NCBI GenBank assembly: GCA_000697335.1
Contig: JNEM01011766.1
Span: 1 to 37,985, forward strand
From: Conidiobolus incongruus B7586
Taxonomy: Eukaryota
Reading direction: 5' to 3'
DNA: 37,985 nt
The notes under the pieces are model-generated. The model was not told the origin of the DNA. It was given only the letters and a program-made list of their open reading frames with translations, and searched no databases. The position numbers and the translations under genes were made by a program. Position 1 is the first letter of the stretch. Every line of letters begins with the position of its first letter. Below are positions 1-11,619 of the stretch, piece after piece.

Positions 1-799
1 AATTTTTTTTAATTATATAAAAAATTATTAATTGATTTTTTAATAAGTTTTTTTATTAAATAAATAAGAAAATTATCAATAAAGTTTATATTTTAAACTT
101 GAAAAATAAAATAAATCTTTTTAGTAATTTTTTTTATATAATATTATATCTATAAATCAGTTCATTCATTTTTTATATATATTTTTATATTTAAATTTAT
201 TTTTACTAATAAGGCATTTAAGTTTAAAGAATATATTAAGTTACTTATTAAACTCTATAGAATTATTTAATAAAATTAATTTTTTTATTAGTATTATTAT
301 AGCTTAGTTATAAACTTCTCTTATTATAAGCTTTTTATTAATTTTATTTTAATACATTTATTAATAAAATTTTAATTATTTTAGTTAAGATATTAATTTA
401 GTTTTTGAAATAAAAAATATGATTTTTTATAATAATTTGAAAAAATAATATTAAATATAAATTTGTTATATATGATTTATCTTAAAAAGATAGATTTTTA
501 TAGTTAAATATAAATATTAATAATAACTTAGGTTTAAAATTTATTAGATTTTATCTTTAATAAAAAATTAAAAAAGAGATTAATAATAATTATTATTATT
601 GCAAGTATAATAAACATAATTAAAATATAATAATAAGTAAAAATCTAATAAATAATAATAAAAAAAATAAAATAGATTTTTCTAAAATTGATTTTAGAAA
701 TAAAAAATAAAATATATAATTAAGGTTAAATAATTATAAATTAACTATAGGTTTAAATAACTATATATGATATTTTTTAAAAATATTGATTATATAAAA

Positions 800-1290
800 T
801 ATCATTATTATTAAGATTCTATAACCAAATCTTAATTTTTTTTAAAATAAGTTTAAAACCTATATAAAAAATATTTAACATAAATAATAAACTATATCAT
901 ATTAAATATAATTTATTTAAAAACAACGGAAGAATAATATTATCTTTTTTAATCTTATTAAACATCGGTTTACCAAATAATTAATTCTATAGTATAATTG
1001 TTTTTTTAAATCTTAAATAAAAGTTTATATCATTTTATTTGAATAACGGTCAATAAAGTCTATTAATATCAAAATATAAACTCTATTTAAAATATAATCT
1101 TTAATTAAATTTAGTATTTATGGTTTATTAGATAATATTAATTTAGTAATCAATTAATAATAAATTTAAAAAGTATTTGTTAATAAAGGATATTATCCTT
1201 AAATAAATTAGTAATTAATATCTTGATTTATATAGTTTAACTAGTTTTATTTTTAAAAAAATAAATATATATTTAATTATAATTTATTTA
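800..1290. repeat. AT-eroded segment homologous to ~34200-34670 (dispersed degenerate repeat/gene relic)
   Basis: agaataatattatcttttttaatcttattaaacatcggtttaccaaataattaat (931-) aligns with agaataatattgtcttttttaattctattagatatagattcacttaataattaat (34325-). Similarity continues to aaaaaataaatatatattt in both copies. The wider region 1-1800 is extremely AT-rich with no ORFs. Boundaries approximate. Confidence 0.6.
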
Positions 1291-2009
1291 AAAATAATTA
1301 TTATATAGATTAATAAGGAAAATATTTTATAATATATAAATCCTTTCAAATAGGTATTTTATAAATAAGCGAATATAAATTTCTATAATAAATATTAATA
1401 ATATATATTATTTTTATTTAATTCTTGAAAGAAAATTAATTAATGGTAAATTTAATATTAATCTTTTAAAAATAAAAAATATTTAATAAAAATTCTTATT
1501 AGAATTTAAAAAAACCAATAATTTTATATGATAATTATTAAATATATAAATTTAATGTTATTAAATATTTTCTAATTGAAAATAAATAGAAACAATTAGC
1601 ATATCTAACATATTCTATAGATTATAACCTATAAAATTATGGTTGCTTTAGATAATTAAGAAATCAAATTATAGGAAATAAAATTTCTATAAAAAAATTC
1701 AATTGGTTTGTAATATTAAGTTTTAGTTTTTAATAAAAGAATGGTTTTTTAAGTGTTAAAAATTTGTTAACAGTATAGCAAAAAGTTATTAATAATAAAG
1801 TATTAATTTTATATTGTTTATTAATTTTTATAAATCATATATTGATATTTTTAATTATTTTTAATTTAAAATTTGTGCCTTTATTTAATTTCTGTATTAA
1901 TATTCTGAACTGTCAGTATTTTATCAAATTTAAAAAGCAATAAACACTTTATTCTAATATTTAAGTAATAAAATGAAAAATCAATGTGTGAGAATTAATT
2001 GATTGATAT

Positions 2010-3080
2010 TATTTCATAATTCGATTAATAATCCAGTCCCAACTTAAGTCAACCAAGTGTTAAACTTGAGGGTATGAATGGTGTCATCTTGGGCGTGAAT
2101 AAGCTCTTCTTGAATCAAGTCTTCAGCAGCAATAGTAGATCTATAGCCAAATTCGGTCCAGGAGGAGTGATCGAAGCATCCATAACCACATTCGCTATCT
2201 ACCCACCGCCTCTCAGTGTAAGATTCGACCAAGTGCTTGACGAATTGGTTGAAATCATGGTTGGTTTAATCATTAATGATACGAACTTTAGTATCCATAT
2301 GACCAATCATATCAAGTTGCATCAAGGTAACGATATCTCTATTTTATTGATGGTAAGCGTGGGCAATGTCGCTGGATCCTAATAATCCCATTTCTTCACC
2401 AGTATACCAGTGGAATTCAATGGTTCTCTTGAGCTTGATTCTGATTCTGGTCAAAGCACGAAAAGAACAAAAGGTTCTGGCGGAGCGAGAGGCATTATCT
2501 TCAGTATTGAGACTACTTCCTTTAAAAAGCATGGTGGATTTAATAACATCGATATGGCCACTAACAGCCATAATCTTATTAGTATAGAGGGAATATTCAA
2601 TATGAGTAATAATACTGAATTAGGTGAATTTATCCTGGAAGAGAGATATGGATTTATTCTTACCTTAACTTCTGGGAATTTGATGAGACTTATCATTTAT
2701 CAAGAGAGAAGGTGTGATACCATTGGCTTTTTTATTGAAGCGGTTGTTTCAGCTGTGTACCTTTTTAAAGAATTTTCTAGCGTTAGTCTTGCTCAAATCC
2801 CGATTGGCAGATCTAACTACAAATTGATACTGATATTGAGAGGAGTTTCAAAATGGCTAGTGGTAGAATCATAAGGAACAACACATTTGGCAAAAACTTG
2901 AACTTCTGCGATATTGACGAATCCAACCTTGTTCTTGTTTTATTAACATTTAATCGGTAATCTACAATTGAAGAGTAATCTCTTTAAACTGTTTAAGGAA
3001 CAAAATTTCTATAATTGCAGAAATACTCAGCTAGCAAAAAATCTAAACACAAAAATGAAGAAAACTTCGTCTCCGCACTA
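2010..3080 (-). pseudogene. Degraded M28 leucine aminopeptidase paralog
   Basis: Fragments KNKVGFVNI, SGHID, EDNAS, KRTIEFHWYTGEEMGLLGSSDIA, MQLDMIG and CGYGCFDHSSW are collinear with the neighbouring aminopeptidase. In-frame TAA stops (HQ*NR, IND*TN, WLT*V) and a frameshifted 5' half. Confidence 0.85.
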
Positions 3081-4295
3081 TAAAAGTGATGATAAGACCA
3101 ATTATATTCGAAGAGTGAATTTAATAATTCTTGTGCCATAAATATTATTTTGAGTCTTAATTCAAATAATGACTTCAATCTATTAAGTCATTTTCCAAAT
3201 TTGATGAAAAAGATGGTAAAATCAAATTATTTATATCTCTTATTTTGAGATTTATTAAAAACTTGATTTTCAACCAAATAGTACAAAATTTTGAAATCAT
3301 AACTAGAATGTTTGTGAATTCCAAGTTGTATATATTATTAACGAACTCTGTCTATTATAATTAATGAAGCTGAATGATGTTTTCAAAGGATTCAAATGAT
3401 ATTAGCATAAGATCAGTCTTATGCGCTTTAATTTTATCAAAATTTTCATTTAATAATTGTTTACTAGAAATATTTATATCATTCTTCTATCTTTCAAAAT
3501 ATTCCCATTAATCTTAGAAAGATTATTGGTATAAGGAGTTTGAAAGTAATATGAATTATTTTAAATATTGGATGCAATAAATAATTAAAATATAAAGTTG
3601 AGGATTATATTTAATTCTTAATACAAATAACCCTAATCTAATTGTCACTTAAATTCAAAAAAATGTACTTGAAAAAGTTGTCACTTAAAATTTGTTTATT
3701 ATCCATCTAATTATAGCCATAAAGTTTAACAATCTTAATAATCAAGTCTTTCATTAAATTTTAAATTATTTTACTGCATATAATATGCAATTTTACGTTT
3801 GGGAGATAATTTGATGTTAATTATAATTAATAAATTTTTTTGATACAATATTAAATGTGTATTACTATATTGAAAATTCACCGAGCTTCAATTTAGCATA
3901 CAACTGAATAGTAAAATCATATCTAAGTTGTAAGAAAGCTAAATCAATGATACCATGAAGTTAAATTATAAATAACATGAAACTAATTAAATACTATTAT
4001 TGATAATATATATTTAAATTTGATTACAAGTTAATTCATATAAATTTAATTCTATGAATAAAGTAAATACATTTTAATAGTACTTTTATATTTTTAAAAT
4101 TTAGAAATATATTAAATTCATTTTTATTGACGATATAATTGATATTGATATTTCAAAAGATAAATGGGTGTCATACTTTAACTGCTAAATAATCATACAA
4201 TATAAAATTCTAATATATATTTTTGAATAACAAAATTACATATATTTTTTTAATTTATTAATATTTTATATTATTTGCATAATATATAAATATGA

Positions 4296-5379
4296 TTAAT
4301 TAGTAGGTTCTCCAATTTCAACAAGTAAGAAGTAACAATTCTAACGAAAGTGTACCATCTGTTGAAGTCAACAATATCGATAGTATCGTTTTGAGTGTGA
4401 AAGAGTTCTTCTTGGATGATGTCTTCGGCAGGGAGAGCAGCTCTATACCATAATTCAGTCCAAGGAAAGTGATCTGAGCAAGTGTAGCCACATCCACCAT
4501 CAACCCATTCAGCATTAGTGTAAGTTTCGACTAAACACTTGAAGAATTCGTTGAGTTCGGGATTAGTGTAGTCCTTATTGATTTGAACTTTAGAGTCTAA
4601 GTGGCCAACCATATCGACTTTCATCATGGTGACGACATTCTTGCCTTGATTGTAGTAGGACTGGGCAATATCATGAGATCCCAACAAACCCATTTCTTCA
4701 CCAGCGTACCAATGGAATTCAAGGGTTCTCTTGGGTCTGAAGCGAGTTTCAGTCAAAACTCTGAAAGCTTCCATGATGGCAGACGAACCTGAAGCATTAT
4801 CTTCGGCACCGGGAGCTCTTCCAGTTTCGGGATGCGGGTAGTTAAGGAATCCATATGACCACCAAGGATGACAATTTGATCGGGGTAGATAGATCCATCA
4901 ATGTGAGCAATGATACTGGATTGAGGGAATTTGTGCTTGAATAGGGAAGCAGAAGCTTTTCTGCCATATCTTCTGGCGTATCTGGTGGCTTCTTGATGAA
5001 TCCGGTTAGAAGCACCAACACCATCGGTAGTATTGTAGAAGCGATTGTTCCAGCTGGACATCTTGGTGACAAATTGCTTAGCTCTGTCACAGCTTAATTC
5101 ACTAAGGACACGGAAAGCAGCTTTGAGATATCTGACCTTTTTGGGGATTTGATAGTTGCTTGGAATGGCAGCAGGAGCAGCAGATCTAGCCATAATCTCG
5201 CGATCAGTAACATCGACAAATCTGACCTTGTTTCTTAGTAAATCAGAGATTTGCTCAGTGGCATACCATTGTGGGGCAACATCAGCACCCAATTGAAGTA
5301 AGCGATCGGCCTCAGAAGATCGAGAAAAGACGGAAGAGGCCAAGAAGAATAAACTGACCAGATTACCTGAGAACTTCAT
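4296..5379 (-). pseudogene. Secreted M28 leucine aminopeptidase (Lap1-like) with two -1 frameshifts (recent pseudogene or assembly errors)
   Basis: Signal peptide MKFSGNLVSLFFLASSVFS (ATG 5379). Motifs GGHMDS, APGAEDNASG, EFHWYAGEEMGLLGS, DMVG, CSDH. Frameshifts near 4845 and 4324; restoring them gives ...DS(L)NYPHPETGRAPGA... and ...Y(L)VEIGEPTN* (stop 4296-4298). Confidence 0.85.
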
Positions 5380-7030
5380 TTTGCAAATAATATATAATAT
5401 TGAAGAGTTACTCTCTTGAATTTGGGGCTTTATATGCACTCATTTTATTAATTCTCAGGGATTTTCATTCGCTCCAATTTCCAAAACTTTGAAAATTCGA
5501 GGATTGTGTGTAAATTGATTGTATTAGTAAAATTTTATATTGTGAGGGAAACATATATCTTACATTTCAACATATATATATAATACTCACATTAGTAAAC
5601 GTCATTGCTCTTTGATAAAGTATATTATAACAAATTTTGTATTTGTATACATAATATATTTTTTTCATTCCACACTAGGATTTATATTATATTATTATAA
5701 CCTCTAATTCACAAAATATTAATAGATCTTAGTAGAAATAAGCTAATTTCACTCAATAATTTCTTAATTCCAACAAAATATTCTCTCCGTTAAGCATATA
5801 TCATATATAATATTAAGTCCCAATTGGGTATTATCAGAAAAACTCGTTAGTTTTTGTTTTGACATTGGATGCTTAAGATTATCCATTTAACTATTATATG
5901 CATTATGATAAAGAAATTTTCAATTATATTGACTAAATTAATGTGGAAAAGGTGCTGATAATTTTAAAAATATGAATTTTTTTTCATATTAAATAATATT
6001 TTATTCAACTGTTACAGAATATCAAATTCAACGAGGTTAGATTATTCGTTTTAAAATTAAAAGTTTCATCATTAATAAAATATGAAAATTAGTAAATATT
6101 ATAACTAGAATCAATATCTTAAAATAAATATTGTAAAATATGTTTTTAGCTATGTTTTTAATGATATTGAACACATATCCTCTGATTGATCTATTACCAG
6201 AATTCCTGCTGATTTATATACCTTATCATATCTATATCCACATAATATTTGTATTGTTGATTTGATAAAAATTTGTTAAATATATTTTGAATCGCATTAA
6301 GGATATTTAGTTTCTTAAATACATGATTAATAAATTTCAATCCAAATCCTGATTTTATTATATTATGTACTCTAATATCCAGTAAGCCTGTACTTGATGA
6401 GATATAATTATATATTTCAAAAATATATTTATTGTAAGATATTAAAGAATTAAATCCTTTTTTAAATAGGAAACTGTAAAGTATATTTAAAATAAGAGAT
6501 ATTTTAATATTGCAAGTTATCCAACTTATTTACAGGATTAGTTTGATGTTAAAGATAAAGATCACAAAAATCAATATGTAATAAATTGTAAAAATCAATT
6601 ATAATAAGAACAGAATTGTTATTTAAAATTTCTTCTCTCAAAGAACATACTTTATCACTTCAGAATAAACTTTTGAAACCGTCTATGTTATTTTAAATCA
6701 TCTGTTATATATATTGTGGCAAGTGATTATTACTGAATATAATGGCTGAATATTAAATAAAATGATTTGATCTGATTTGGTGATTTGACAAATGTTTCAA
6801 TATAATCCAATTAAATTATATTAATTGACTAATTTTAGTTTGGCTGATTTTGTACGTGAGTTCATCAAATTTACTATATTGATTGAATTTTCATTTAAAT
6901 TGGTTTTGGCCTTTGTTTGAATGTACATTATGTCAGCTATTATTACTTGATGAAACTTTAAGTGCATTATATAAATTTACTCTTAGCGATATTTGACAAG
7001 ATTTCTTGAAATTTTAGTAATATTGAAAAA

Positions 7031-7894
7031 ATGAAACTGATTAACAATTCAAATTTATATCTAATAATCTTAATTTTGTTAAGCCCAACTTTATCGCAAC
7101 AGGTTAATAATCATCCAATTCCCGATTCCGCTGGTTCTACAGATACTGGGAGTTTATCTGGCTCTGCAGCCTCGCCTGGATTTTCTGGTTCGGCTTCCTC
7201 GCCAGGTTCCACTTCTGCCGGTTTTTCTGGCTCTTCGGGTTCTCCAAGTCCTACATCACCTAACTCTTCTCAATGTACGGATTCATGTAGTAGTTTTATG
7301 GATGTCATGTGCTATGCCAAATGTGAAGTATTAAACTTGATTTTCACAAATTCTTTTTTGCATAATACTGGGTTGGATAAAATTGTAGGCTCCTACTTAG
7401 GATCGAATTCTATGCCAGTACAAACCTCGATCCCGACACCATCATCTACTCTTAGGTCGGTAGATCCTGATTCAACCATTTCATATCCTCATTCAACTTC
7501 AATTGGGCGCTCCAAATCGATTAATCCTCATAAATTAACTCCATCAGGTACTCTCTCAAATGATCCATTTACCAGAACCGATTTCACTTCAATTCCTGCT
7601 GAAACTTTTGACTTACCATCATCATCCTCATCTGGATCTGGCAATTTGCAAACTTCTACACCAAAATCTTCAGGTATTTCTCTTACAGCAGTTACTTCAT
7701 CATCATCAGGTCACACTACTAATGGTATAACCACAACCTCAGCTTCCACTACAACATCGGCCACAACCAAAAGTGCCGCAACGACAACTCTATCACCTGG
7801 CTCACTATTCCTTTATAATAAGAATTCGAATTCCATTCGAATTTCGTATCATTACTTAATTACTGTTGCTTCATTATTGGTTATTACAATTTAA
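7031..7894 (+). CDS. Secreted Ser/Thr-rich, probably GPI-anchored cell-surface protein
   Basis: 287-aa intronless ORF with N-terminal signal peptide, GFSGS(A/S) repeats, a small Cys cluster (CTDSC..MCYAKC), an S/T-rich stalk and a hydrophobic C-terminus (YLITVASLLVITI). Confidence 0.8.
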   Translation: MKLINNSNLYLIILILLSPTLSQQVNNHPIPDSAGSTDTGSLSGSAASPGFSGSASSPGSTSAGFSGSSGSPSPTSPNSSQCTDSCSSFMDVMCYAKCEVLNLIFTNSFLHNTGLDKIVGSYLGSNSMPVQTSIPTPSSTLRSVDPDSTISYPHSTSIGRSKSINPHKLTPSGTLSNDPFTRTDFTSIPAETFDLPSSSSSGSGNLQTSTPKSSGISLTAVTSSSSGHTTNGITTTSASTTTSATTKSAATTTLSPGSLFLYNKNSNSIRISYHYLITVASLLVITI

Positions 7895-9649
7895 TCATCT
7901 CTCATAACAATTTTAATAAAACTTAGAATCAATTCTAATTTATCATATGGTATTATTAATATAATTGAATGTTGAACTGTGAAATTTTAATACATATACT
8001 TGAATTAGCATAGAATCTAATTGATTCCTTTGAAACAATTTTTAAGGGCGAAATACTAATATTTAAATATAGTATAAAATAAATAAATATCAATATTATT
8101 GTGATTATTTAATCAAATCAAAATAATAATTAGTTTCATAAATAACCCAACATTTAATATTAATCAATTCAATAGTTTCATTATAATATAAGTGTACAAT
8201 CCACTAATATTATATACATTTAATAATCAAATAAATATTGTAGCTTTTTCAAATACTAAATAACAATTATAGATAACATTCAAATTTTGATGAGATATAC
8301 ATTTCAAGTTATCCACAAATAGAAAAATAAATATGAAAAATTAATTCAAAGTTCAAATATTACAATATTTGTTTAATTATTAAAAATATATAATTTTTAA
8401 CACGTTCACAGATTGTATTTTTAAAGCAATTATTAGATTATTGAATAAGCTTAATTTAAAATAGTTTTATTATTAAAGCAGATCAAATAAATGATTCTTT
8501 TCTACTTAATGGTTTCATATTATAATAATCACAATCAAGTTAGCTGTTAATTACTTCGATTTTACATTGCATTCTAATAATCAATTTTTTGAATATTTTT
8601 TAACTACAAAATATTTGATTTGAATAACAATCTAGAACCTAATTTTAATATTTCATTTTATCCGAATATTGTTAAAATAGCTAAGAATAGCATTAAACAT
8701 ATTTCAAAATCTCATTCAATTGAAAAATAGAGTAAAATCTTTAATATATATATTTAATGAGCCTTTTAAATATTTTTTTAAGAAAAATAGGTTATTCATT
8801 CAAATATTTCCTGTTTTTACTGATCATGAAAATTTGGAAAAAATCAATATTATTATGAATTACAAAAAAGTTGAATGTTAACTGTGTATGAATTTGATTA
8901 TCAATGGAATATTTGAATCATAATTTGCTAGATATATGATTTTGATATATTTATCTGATCATTTAATTATTGTTTCTTTGTTATTAACTTACAATATATT
9001 CAAATAACTTATTTTACCAATAGAATGCTCTTATCGTCCTTTGCTAAGACGTATACTGAGCACTAAATACCTATTATGTTCCTAATTGGATCGAATGTTC
9101 TCACAGAATAATGTAAGATTTGGGCTAATGTTTATTTATAATTTCAAATAAACGCCCGTAAATACCTATTCATATATCTCTTTTTACCATTATCGAACTT
9201 TATTTGATAGAATATTATTATGAATTTGATATTATTAAAATATCTATAAATCAATTTACCTCACTAAAACTCTTATTAAATTAAAAATAAATTCAATTTT
9301 TCAATATTTATTATAGTCAATAGGATATCAGAAATAATAGTGTATTAAGAGTTAATATTTTCACAATTTTTCAAATTGTTGATAATATATAACCAGAGTT
9401 TGAAAAGGAATAATGGAAATCCTGTAAGCAAATAAATATGGCTCAATATAAACTATTCTTTAAAAATAAATCTATAGAAAATCAAATAAGTAGATTAGTA
9501 TGCCACTGGAAGCTCAATTCAATCAAAGAGAGAGTTCAAAATATACTAAAGTTGTATAAGTTTACCTCCGGACAACTTAAACCAAATTATAGTAAAATTT
9601 TATCAATTCAACCAATTATTCTGTTATTTCGAATATTACTAGAGAGGAT

Positions 9650-10591
9650 GCTACTTTGAACTAGATTCTTATCCTCCTTTCCATGCCATAAGTTTTCCAG
9701 GTATCTCAAGTAAATATTTATTATATTGACCATTTGTATTTGTTAGTTTGAAGGTGTTGCACAAGTTTTGGAGGTAAGAAAATTTGTGAAATTAGCTATA
9801 TGTATTGATTAACTATTGTAATTATACCAATTGAACTAAATATTTTGTATAATTTTAGTCAAAATAAATCAAAGAATTGTTTATTTACCAGATTTAACAG
9901 CTTTTAAACCAAGCAAAGTAGCTACTTTGAGAGACTATGAAGTTTTTATTGAGATTGAACTCTTGATTGCACTTAATATATTCAATGAAGAAACTGTTCA
10001 AGTCATTATCAATCCAGCTACTACCTATGTAATGTTGAGTAAACTTTACGTTCTTAAGGGTGGATACGTTCTACAGAGTGCTGTAGGCTGGTATTAGACT
10101 GTATTTTGATTCAAATTGCCAAACATTGAGATATGAAAACCTTACATTTGGTGAGTTATCAAGAACAAGTTGAAGGGTTCAAAACTACTGGAGCTGGTGT
10201 GGTTTTGAGTACCGAAGATGGAACTAAGTTCATTGGATAGTTTGAAAGGATTACTAATTGAAAGCTTGCATATGATGTCATTAGTGCATTCGGAGGCGAC
10301 TTTGACTTAAAAATCACAAGAGTAAGACATCATGGTCTAATCTTCCATTATGGAGTATTGGAAGGTTTAATCATGGTAGTTGATACACTTGAACTTGTGA
10401 ATAGAAATATCAACTATTCTGGATTTGAACTAATCAAATATTTCAAATATATAGGTATGAAGGAATCTGCTGAATCTATTGATCTTGGAGCTCTTACTGG
10501 TAATGAATACGGATGTGATAAAACACCTGAAGCTATTGAACATTCTAAAAAAGATGGTGGAGATGGAAAAGTTACATTAGTTCATACCTGA
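9650..10591 (+). pseudogene. MDR-family (2-enoyl thioester reductase/quinone reductase-like) pseudogene
   Basis: Fragments FEGVAQVLE, IINPATTYVML, GGYVLQSA, LIQIAKH*, GAGVVLSTE and HYGVLEG with intron remnants (~9709-9745, ~9773-9858). Multiple stops and frameshifts. 5' boundary uncertain. Confidence 0.7.
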
Positions 10592-11319
10592 AGTAATCGG
10601 GAAAATCAATTTTGATCATAAATGAATAAAATTATATTTTTATTTAATAAATAAATTCAATATTTGTATTAATAACTAAATAGTAATATATTCAATAAAT
10701 GTATTAATAAATATTTTTACAATGTATTTATATAATCGATATATAATTGATTAGAAAATTCTCAATAAATTATAATCTATTTGTCCACTATAATATTTTT
10801 GAAAATTCATTACGATTTTAATTTTAATATTGTTTATAGAGAGAAGACAATTTCAATATAAGCAACACATATTATTCAAATCTATATCTTCATTTTCAAA
10901 TAATGTATAATTTTAATTATTAAAATTTCCAGATATATATATATAATAAGTAATAATTAATAAATTAATTCGCAAACTTACAATAATATTCATAATTCCA
11001 CAACCTATACTACTCTATAATAGAATCTGGCTAATTTGAGATTGATTTGAATATTTAGCATCAATAAACAATTAATATAGTCAGGACAATTAACAATATA
11101 TTATAACTTATTTTCAAATCTCATTTTAATTGATAGAGTTATTGGTAGTTTGAAAAGGTATTATAATTCATTTTTAATTTGATATGAAATGTTCTTCAAA
11201 TATTATATAAATTTTATTGAATTGCTTTTACATTATTTAAATAATGAAAATCCCAATATTAAATTAGACATGTTGTATTATATATTTTACCAATTAGAGA
11301 GCCTATATTTAAATTTTCG

Positions 11320-11501
11320 CCAATCAAGGATTTAGTTTGAAAAACTCGAAATCCACCAATCAATTCCTATTGTCAATTTCAACACAAATTCCAATTGATT
11401 GGATAAGAATCACACAAAAATTATCCTCACCCATAAACCTAATTAATTGGTTAAATTATGATTGATATTTCTGGTAACGCGTTAAATAAAGTATATCGCG
11501 T
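11320..11501 (+). promoter_or_regulatory. CTF18 promoter: CCAAT boxes plus MCB-like CGCG elements
   Basis: CCAATCA at 11320 and 11356, CCAAT at 11391, TGATTGG at 11396, ATTGG at 11446. ACGCGT at 11477-11482 within the palindrome TAACGCGTTA, and TCGCGT at 11496-11501, 120-140 nt upstream of the ATG. Confidence 0.55.
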
Positions 11502-11619
11502 TTTAAATCTCAAAGAGGTCATTTAACTCAGTAATTAAAAAAATAGCAATAATTTAATAATAATAATAACATATAAAAAACAATTAGCTTTGGATATTAT
11601 AATACTTTTGAAACCAACT

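Noticed and set aside
2074..2874. Plus-strand ORFs 2074-2382, 2366-2587, 2410-2874
   Set aside because: Antisense shadows of the aminopeptidase pseudogene.
6100..9200. Faint coding-like patches (6150-6700, 8300-9200), maybe F-box/LRR or membrane gene relics
   Set aside because: No recoverable motif or consistent frame.
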